Below are positions 57,135 to 64,000 of a stretch of 64,000 bases of DNA, one piece after another. This stretch comes from Candidatus Bathyarchaeia archaeon (GTDB taxonomy: Archaea; Thermoproteota; Bathyarchaeia; Bathyarchaeales; Bathycorpusculaceae), in assembly GCA_049512075.1 (NCBI GenBank), contig JBEKXL010000007.1:39751-103750 (forward strand). Reading direction: 5' to 3'. The position numbers and the translations under genes are program-made. The notes below the pieces were generated by a model. The model worked only from the letters and a program-made list of their open reading frames with translations, searched no databases and was not told the DNA's origin. Every line of letters starts with the position of its first letter. Position 1 is the first letter of the stretch.

Positions 57135-57533
57135 TTGATACTTCCATGCGAGGTTGCAGTAAGATCTGTTATACCAGCTGTCAGAGCATTAATCGCAAAG
57201 GAACTCATGGAAGAGCAGGGCTTGAAGCAAGATCAAGTGGCGGAAATTCTTGGCATATCGCAGTCTGCGGTGAGCAAGTACTCCCGAAAGGTCAGGGGGC
57301 ATGCAATAAGGGTTGACGACATAGAAGAAATACGGCCGTTCATTGATGGCATGGTGATTCTGCTGTTGGATAGAAAACGTCAAAGTGCCGAACTGCTTCA
57401 ACTCTTCTGTCAAGCATGCATAGCCGTAAGAAAGACGAATCTTATGTGCACGTTCTGCCAAAAATCAGACCCAACGATCAAGCTAGAAGAGTGCAGGTTC
57501 TGCACAGCAGTATCTGAAGAAGCTGAGAGGTAG
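57135..57533 (+). CDS. HTH transcriptional regulator (COG2522-like) with Cys-rich C-terminus
   Basis: LPCE...PAVRALIAKEL, QDQVAEILGISQSAVSKY; GGTGA SD then TTG at 57135. Confidence 0.85.
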   Translation: MILPCEVAVRSVIPAVRALIAKELMEEQGLKQDQVAEILGISQSAVSKYSRKVRGHAIRVDDIEEIRPFIDGMVILLLDRKRQSAELLQLFCQACIAVRKTNLMCTFCQKSDPTIKLEECRFCTAVSEEAER

Positions 57534-57539
57534 ATTGGA

Positions 57540-58490
57540 GTGTCTTCGTTTGACGAAAAGGCCGTCCTTGACATTCTCGATAATGCAAGCAAGAGCGTCG
57601 TGAACATAAGCACAATTAAATTCGTTCGACACATGTTCTATCAAGCAGCCCCAGTTGAGGGCATGGGTTCTGGAACGATAATTGACCCAAAAGGCCACAT
57701 TTTAACCAACAACCACGTCGTGGGCGGAGCACACAAAATAGCCGTGACATTGTGGAACGGTGAGATCCTGGAAGGAGCAACAGTCAGTGCCTGCGCCGTA
57801 CACGATACAGCCGTTGTGAAAGTAAGGAAACAGGGTCTCATAGCTGCTGAGTTGGGAGACTCAGACAAGCTGAGGGTTGGCCAAAGAGTTTACGCAATTG
57901 GAAACCCGTTCGGGTTGGCTGGTGGTCCAAGCGTGACTTCTGGAGTGATAAGCGCGACGAACAGGACTATAGAGTCTCAAAGGGGGTTGGTGGAAAACCT
58001 CGTTCAGACTGATGCAGCGATAAATCCTGGAAACAGCGGAGGCCCGTTGATTGATCTTGAAGGAAAAGTCGTTGCCATAAACACGGCGATAATCCCTTAT
58101 GCTCAAGGAATCGGGTTTGCCATACCCATAAATTCTGCAAAGAAATGCACGAGCGAAATGATACAAGAGGGAATCTCAATCAGACCTTGGCTAGGAATAA
58201 TAGGTCTAGGCCTAACCGAAGAGGTTTCTCGCTACTACGATTTGCCACTGGAGCGCGGGGTTCTCATAACAAAGGTCACAGACGGAAGCCCAGCACAAAG
58301 AGCAGGAATAATAATGGGCGACATAATCCTGCAAATAGACGGCGCCGATATCGGAAGCATTGAAGACCTACTGATGCAGATTCATCAAAAAAAAGTTGGA
58401 GAAAAAGTAAGGATCACCGTCTTTCGCAGGGGCTTTAAACAGTTCTTCGAAGCGACCCTGAGCAGCATGCCCCAAGACAGACCTGTCTAA
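57540..58490 (+). CDS. HtrA/DegP-type serine protease with one PDZ domain, no signal peptide
   Basis: LTNNHVV, AIGNPFG, QTDAAINPGNSGGPL, GSPAQRAG. Confidence 0.93.
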   Translation: MSSFDEKAVLDILDNASKSVVNISTIKFVRHMFYQAAPVEGMGSGTIIDPKGHILTNNHVVGGAHKIAVTLWNGEILEGATVSACAVHDTAVVKVRKQGLIAAELGDSDKLRVGQRVYAIGNPFGLAGGPSVTSGVISATNRTIESQRGLVENLVQTDAAINPGNSGGPLIDLEGKVVAINTAIIPYAQGIGFAIPINSAKKCTSEMIQEGISIRPWLGIIGLGLTEEVSRYYDLPLERGVLITKVTDGSPAQRAGIIMGDIILQIDGADIGSIEDLLMQIHQKKVGEKVRITVFRRGFKQFFEATLSSMPQDRPV

Positions 58491-58583
58491 TCGGTCTGCG
58501 CCTATTGAAATGTGCAAAATAAAGATATATGTGTTCGATCAAATCTGGAGTAGATGTTGGACAAAGTCAAGATGTGATCATGA

Positions 58584-59129
58584 ATGGTCAAAGAGATGAC
58601 TGAAACCAATCTTCGAAGCGCGTTTGCTGGCGAAAGCCAAGCCCACATTAGGTACAAGATATTTGCAGAAAGAGCCGAGAAATCAGGTTGGCCCAACGTG
58701 GCCAGGCTGTTCAATGCAATATCCCTTGCAGAGAGAATTCACGCAGGAAGCCATTTCAGAAACATACTAACCAAGGGAGGGGCACAAACAGTTTCAGCTG
58801 CAGTCTTTGGTGCCAGAAACACTTCAGAAGATCTTCAAGCAGGCATCGACGGCGAAACCTTCGAGATAAACGAGATGTACTCAGTCTACAAGGCCGTTGC
58901 CCAATTTCAGGAAGAAAAAGCTGCAGAGACGAGCTTCACGTGGGCATTGGAGGCTGAAAAAATCCACGTCAGTCTGTATAAAAAGGCCAAGCAAGCGGTG
59001 GATCAAGGCAAAGACGTCACTTTGGGGCCCGTCCAAATATGCAGTGTCTGCGGCTACACGGTTGAAGGAGACGCACCGGACAAATGCCCAATATGTGGCG
59101 CTTCAAGAGACAAGTTCCAGACTTTTTAG
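58584..59129 (+). CDS. rbr: Rubrerythrin
   Basis: AFAGESQA, E.IHA, EAEKIH, CSVCGY...CPICG. Confidence 0.93.
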   Translation: MVKEMTETNLRSAFAGESQAHIRYKIFAERAEKSGWPNVARLFNAISLAERIHAGSHFRNILTKGGAQTVSAAVFGARNTSEDLQAGIDGETFEINEMYSVYKAVAQFQEEKAAETSFTWALEAEKIHVSLYKKAKQAVDQGKDVTLGPVQICSVCGYTVEGDAPDKCPICGASRDKFQTF

Positions 59130-59210
59130 GCTGGCTTTGCCTCAACATTCAATTCAGGTACTAGGCAGTCCATCCTGTCTGAACGATCGCGGATATGCTC
59201 CAAGTAGATA

Positions 59211-59801
59211 ATGGGGTGTGCGTTGAAAATAACCTCTAAAGAGAGGCCAGCGGGGCGAATAAGTCTCAGTTTGCTAGCTTTGATTTCCTTCGTTGCCTCT
59301 TTCGTGATTGCAAGGGTATTCACAACAATCAGCGGCGTAGTTTTAAGAGGCGTTGGTTTTCACATTCATCACTTCTGGTATGGTATAATACTGCTAGCGG
59401 TTGGCGGTTGGCTTGGGATCAGCTATGATGAAGAGCGGATCGTTAGACTGGCAGCTGTCCTTTACGGTGCTGGTGGCGGACTTATCGGGGACGAAGTTGG
59501 TCTCCTGCTCACGTTTGGAAACTACACGACAGGAATTACCTACACGATAGTCGTCATTTTCATCGCCTTTGTTTCTGCTGTCATCTTGTTCATGCGATAC
59601 TCACGAGCAATTTCAACGGAAATTAAAGGATTTACAAGGAGCAGAGCGAGCTTCTACTTCGGCATCATTCTCGCCGCGGTTTCAATCGCGTTCTTGACGA
59701 CGAGAAACTCCCTAATAGCCCGCATTTCAACTGTTACAACCATAGCTGCCTGCATCATAATAATCGCATACATCGCTCAGCGAATTCGTACAAGGCACTG
59801 A
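59211..59801 (+). CDS. Conserved integral membrane protein (HIHHFWYG motif)
   Basis: About six TM segments; HIHH.WYG and GLIGDE motifs. Confidence 0.75.
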   Translation: MGCALKITSKERPAGRISLSLLALISFVASFVIARVFTTISGVVLRGVGFHIHHFWYGIILLAVGGWLGISYDEERIVRLAAVLYGAGGGLIGDEVGLLLTFGNYTTGITYTIVVIFIAFVSAVILFMRYSRAISTEIKGFTRSRASFYFGIILAAVSIAFLTTRNSLIARISTVTTIAACIIIIAYIAQRIRTRH

Positions 59802-59811
59802 GAAGGGCGAG

Positions 59812-60084
59812 TTGCGTCTGGCAAGCAAAATTCTGTCAAACCGCGTGCGCTGGAGACCTTTCAAACTTAAATGCGAAAATTGGACAGAAGAGGTTTTCAA
59901 GTGCACGGTTTTGACAGTCGTCTATTCTTGGCACAACCCATGTCCTTGGTGTTCACGCCTTACTCCAATTTTTGCTGAGATTGCAGAGGAGTTTAGGGGA
60001 AAAATCAGGTTTTTCAAGCTGAACGTACTTGAAAACCCCGCTAACTAGGAATTAGCAAGCAATTTTGGAATCACCTGGGCTTGA
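59812..60084 (+). pseudogene. Thioredoxin-like pseudogene
   Basis: WHNPCPWC..LTPIF...KLNVLENPAN*ELASNFGI: in-frame TAG, then loss of the downstream cis-Pro region. Confidence 0.65.
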
Positions 60085-60190
60085 GATTGTATGCTCAGGC
60101 AACGAACTGTTTAGGGGTTCTACACTTTGTTAGTAACGCTTATTAAGTCTCAAGATGCAGGTTACGGAATAACTTGATGGTGAATTAAGA

Positions 60191-60619
60191 ATGAGAAAAG
60201 CTGCTATTCCTAAGAGAGGTGTGAAAGACGGAAAAAGGCTGAATCCAGAAGTCGACGCAGAAACTGTGCGAGCCTTGAGAACGGTAAAAGACCAGGAAGC
60301 CTTCTACTTCTACGAGGCTGTTGGAAAACCAACGGGCGAAGTTGCCAGAAACCTTTCCGACTTTCTTAATAAGGTTAAGATTGTCAAATCGGAAAGTCTG
60401 GTTTTCCATCTTCAAAGAAAAGACTTCCAAAATTGGGTCGCAAACACTCTTGGCGATTCAAAACTTGCCGAAAAACTCGGAAGAATTTCTTCTTCAAACG
60501 ATAATAACCTTCGAACAAACGTTTGCAAAACTGTCGAGAATCGTATTGAAGAACTCAGAGAGTCATCCTTAGCGATTTCGATTGAAGATGAACGAACCGT
60601 CGTCCCCGTTAGAGTCTAG
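60191..60619 (+). CDS. DUF5752-like protein
   Basis: AFYFYEAVGKPTG, SLVFHLQRKDFQNWV..TLGD..LA. Confidence 0.75.
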   Translation: MRKAAIPKRGVKDGKRLNPEVDAETVRALRTVKDQEAFYFYEAVGKPTGEVARNLSDFLNKVKIVKSESLVFHLQRKDFQNWVANTLGDSKLAEKLGRISSSNDNNLRTNVCKTVENRIEELRESSLAISIEDERTVVPVRV

Positions 60620-61292
60620 TTCCGACATATGCGAAACACATTGTTTAATTGGTTAATCATATCTCCAAATCAGAAGACAAAGCGTCCATCAATACTTACT
60701 GCCTTAGCTCCGCTGTCACATTATTCATTTTCACCCGCCCACGCCCCTGCTTTTTTTGCATCTCGCATCCATGCGTTAGGATACTAATCATGTCTAAAAT
60801 GACGGTGTGACTAGATGAAAGGCTCAAAAGGCGTGTATTCTTTGGGAGTTGTTTTGACTTCTGGCAGGAATTAGCTATATTCCTTGCTTCTGGAGTGATA
60901 GTGATTGGTGTGGCTACCGTAGGATGGATAAGATGGGCACTTAACTGGGCTGGTTTTTGTCTCGGCTAGGATTTGCAGAACTTAACACTGTGTAACTACT
61001 TTGAGGCGGGCGACTTGCTTGGATTGCGTTCATCATGAGGCCCCAGGAGCTTTTCTCTTAATTCAGAGGCGCATCCTAGTCCCTGCATTCGTTTTTCGTG
61101 TTCTAGGCGTTCACTTTCAAGCCATTCGAGAATATCAAAACTCATTTCTGTCGGGGTTGTGTCTGCAGATCGGATGATATCAGCTTTTTTAGGTTGGCTG
61201 CAGACTTTGGTTGGCATATGATTTAGTTTTTAGAAAGTCAGTATTTAATACTTCTGTTATGGCATTAAAACAAGTATTAGGTAGCGTCTGTC

Positions 61293-61643
61293 ATGATTAC
61301 CATTGAAGGAACCAACGTCAAAGCCAGGATGATCCCGAGAAACACGATTATGTCTGTATGGAATTTGCTGACCAAGGAGCCCTTCCCCAAAGTAGCAGCG
61401 TTTCAACTGAAAGATGGAGATTTTGACCATGTCATGGAGCTGATGAAGTGTGCAGATGATGAAAGAAGAGAGATAGAAGAATGGGGAAGAGTGCTCTCAA
61501 CCCGAGGTGTTGATGCGTGCGTCTATAACGCAGATGAATCTTCTGACGTTGATTACATTATACTGATTAGAAAAAACCTTTATCATAGGATTGGAGAGGT
61601 TTTGAAACATGAATTGTCCCACATCGCCAGAGGAGATTTGTGA
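61293..61643 (+). CDS. Hypothetical protein with C-terminal HExxH
   Basis: Clean 116-aa ORF ending VLKHELSHIARGDL. Confidence 0.65.
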   Translation: MITIEGTNVKARMIPRNTIMSVWNLLTKEPFPKVAAFQLKDGDFDHVMELMKCADDERREIEEWGRVLSTRGVDACVYNADESSDVDYIILIRKNLYHRIGEVLKHELSHIARGDL

Positions 61644-61780
61644 ACTTAACTGCACGTGCAACGACGTGCACCGTACCAAGGTGGCTGAGAGAGTCGGGCT
61701 ACGAGCTCAGAGTGCGTGCCTTGAAGGGACTGCAGAGATAGGAAAATAGGATCAGAGTAGTGTCTTCAGAGCGCCGCGTT

Positions 61781-62283
61781 CTAAGCTTCACGAAACTTGT
61801 TGAAGCTTGCTATTTCTTCGATGGGCTTCTTTTTCTTGGGTTGCGGTTTTTCAGCTGGATGTCCAAATGAAAGGAGAGCGACAACATTCCAGCTTGCGGG
61901 AATGCTGAGGAGTTTCTTGACTTTTTCTTCACTGAAGTCTCCTATCCAACAAGAACCTATCCCTTAAGCCCAAGCAGCAATAACCATGTTCTCCAATGCT
62001 ATAGTTGTACCGACAACTGACCATTTTCCAGCAACTATATCCTTATGGGCACATCCTACAATGCAAACAGGAGCGTCCTTGATGAATCTGTTGAACATCC
62101 CTTTAGAAAATTCCTTCTTGATTTCGAATCAGTCACCACTATGAAGTGCCACGGTTGCTTATTAGCCGCTGATGGAGCTTGCCTGCCAGCCTCAAGAATC
62201 TTGTCAAGAACATCTCTTGAAATCTCTTTTTGCTCATAACGTCTTATGCTTCTTCTGCTGAGAAGAACATCAACAAGAGACAA
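61781..62283 (-). pseudogene. Nitroreductase pseudogene
   Basis: SRRSIRRY, APSAANKQPWHF; frameshift near 62125; then IAAWA*GIGSCWIG with in-frame TAA; a further frameshift near the 3' end. Confidence 0.85.
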
Positions 62284-62404
62284 GAACACCCTCCAGGCAG
62301 AGGGTGCTTCCAGTTTCATATAACCTTTATCACATTTTGTGAGAGATCTGAAGAAAGTGAGAGCTTGAAGAGAGGTTGGCTTAGTGCGCCGCCACCGATT
62401 GAGA

Positions 62405-62491
62405 CTACTTGTTTAAGCGTTTCTCTTTGTGCTTTCTTCTTTTCTCTTCTCTTTCCTTCTTGGTCATTGGTTTTTTCTTATTACTTCCCAT
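62405..62491 (-). CDS. Putative small basic protein (28 aa)
   Basis: MGSNKKKPMTKKEREEKRRKHKEKRLNK*. Confidence 0.35.
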   Translation of the reverse strand: MGSNKKKPMTKKEREEKRRKHKEKRLNK

Positions 62492-62542
62492 GCTCAACAT
62501 AATCGCCACATCAAGATACTCAGGATATGGAATTAAATTTTT

Positions 62543-62762
62543 GCTCGCATGCGTGTTGCTAAGATGGTGAGAAATGGTGCTTATTCCTTTTTTAGGGGGT
62601 TTGGGTGTGGAAACTGCATTCTGCAGTGTCCGCCGGGCTCCCCTGATTTGCAATCCCTCAATACGGCAAGGATTTGCTCATCAAACAATCCCATATTAGG
62701 CCGAAATGGGCAAAAGAAGAATGAAAACCATCTTGCACCAGTTCAGGAACAGACATGCGTGC
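62543..62762 (-). mobile_element. MITE-like element copy 2 (internally deleted) with ~44-bp TIRs
   Basis: First 110 nt (minus strand) align ungapped with 3761-3870 at about 72%; ORF MGLFDEQILAVLRDCK...PNPLKKE*; own TIRs match at about 31/44. Confidence 0.7.
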
Positions 62763-63039
62763 CACCGCACACCCAAACCTGAAAAATCATATTTGGCTCC
62801 AAATAGAAGGGCTACACCCGTTGTGCGCACACACAAACAACACAACACAGGGACGCTGCTCAGCCTTACTACACTCGAAGACCGAACTCGGGAACACAGA
62901 TGCGCGCTAGGCAGGAGAGAACAGAGGTTACTATGAATCACACGAAGTGCATGTTGATTGAGGCGCGAGCTAGATGATTGGGGTCACAAATATATTCAAC
63001 GTACGATATGTAAGCAAGAGATTTGGTCGAGGTTGAAAG

Positions 63040-63600
63040 ATGAAGACAGAAGTTGGAGCAAAGAATTGCTTGTATCCAATGCCCACTACACTTGCTGGAG
63101 CCTTGGTGAATGGAAAACCTAACTACATCACGATAGCACACGTAGGGATCATGGACCCCGGCACGGTCTCCCTGAGCATGAGCAAAGCGCACTATACCAC
63201 CGCTGGCATCAAGGAAAATGGAACATTCAGTGTAAACATTCCCTCGGTAAAGATAGTGAAAGAGACTGATTATTGTGGCCTAATGTCTGGAAAGAACGTA
63301 GATAAAGCATCGCTTTTCAAAACGTTCTATGGGAAATTGAAGACAGCACCGATGATTGAGGAATGCCCCATTAACATGGAGTGTCGTCTCATCAAAGCCG
63401 TTGATTTTCCAAATCACGATGTTTTCATGGGACAGATCATCGCAACATATTGTGATGAGGCAATTCTTACAGATGGAATTGTCGATTTCAGCAAGGCTCA
63501 GCCCATTCCATTCGTGATGAATGACAGAAGCTACTGGATGCTTGGCCACAAATTTGCTAAAGCCTGGAACATTGGCCAAGAGTTAAAAACCAAGGAATAA
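63040..63600 (+). CDS. Flavin reductase family protein (flavoredoxin-like)
   Basis: LYPMP, GKPN, FSVNIP, DYCG..SG, APMIEECPINMEC, HDVFMG. Confidence 0.9.
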   Translation: MKTEVGAKNCLYPMPTTLAGALVNGKPNYITIAHVGIMDPGTVSLSMSKAHYTTAGIKENGTFSVNIPSVKIVKETDYCGLMSGKNVDKASLFKTFYGKLKTAPMIEECPINMECRLIKAVDFPNHDVFMGQIIATYCDEAILTDGIVDFSKAQPIPFVMNDRSYWMLGHKFAKAWNIGQELKTKE

Positions 63601-64000
63601 CCTAGCAACACTACCGCTCGGCGCCAGACTCATAACGCAGAACTTGCCACCCACATGCCCCCTGGTGCAAATGCAAATGAGACAAAAACAAAAAGTCGTG
63701 CCATACCTTGACACAGAACCGGTCGACAGGACGCATGAGTCGAGCTTCAATCTCTCAAGAACCTTCGAAAACCATTTGAAACATTTGTTTTACAAGTTTT
63801 CGGCAGTATCCTCGGTGGAAAGCTTCGAAATCAATGACAAAGGGTCAAAATGGTGGGCTGCCCGTCCCCATACCCACACGGGTTCAAGTCCATTTCACAG
63901 AGGAAGCACGCTAAGCAATTCCCTCGAATGCTGGACGACATTGTAAAGTCGGGCCGCTAATTCGATTCCCATTTTGGCTGTACGTAGACTCCTCGCATCC

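Noticed and set aside
60046-60048. In-frame TAG in thioredoxin (and in element copy 1) as pyrrolysine read-through
   Set aside because: Both genes carry additional lesions, and no pyl genes are visible in the window.

Overview
Archaeal chromosomal window, most likely Bathyarchaeia (TACK); this assignment is inferred from gene content and protein style, not from a marker tree. 1-22 kb: NfnAB/SudAB transhydrogenase, TrxB, a divergent HdrD-like / HdrA-MvhD pair, AlaX, a flippase-like protein and a complete ETF-linked acyl-CoA beta-oxidation cluster. 22-28.6 kb: tetraether synthase (Tes) and hypFCD/hypE. 28.8-41.2 kb: the rpl22-to-cmk ribosomal/secY superoperon, with an inserted Hsp20 and adenylate kinase reduced to a 25-codon P-loop stub. 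42-56 kb: radical SAM, GT2, AIR-synthase-family protein, ECF S component, DNA ligase, ThiF/MoeB, tRNA-Cys, flavodoxin, ferritin-like protein, FumC and MgtA. 56-64 kb: a redox/stress locus with a tandem palindromic operator and several pseudogenes. The most unusual signal is two decayed copies (3761-4064 and 62543-62762) of a small transposase-less element with ~44-bp terminal inverted repeats carrying a winged-helix ORF. Its end motif TAGCGCGC recurs across intergenic DNA, including at the adenylate kinase truncation point. Also notable are an HdrA fused to a cysteine-less MvhD domain next to the beta-oxidation genes and a candidate C/D-box guide RNA. All alignments and counts were done by eye.
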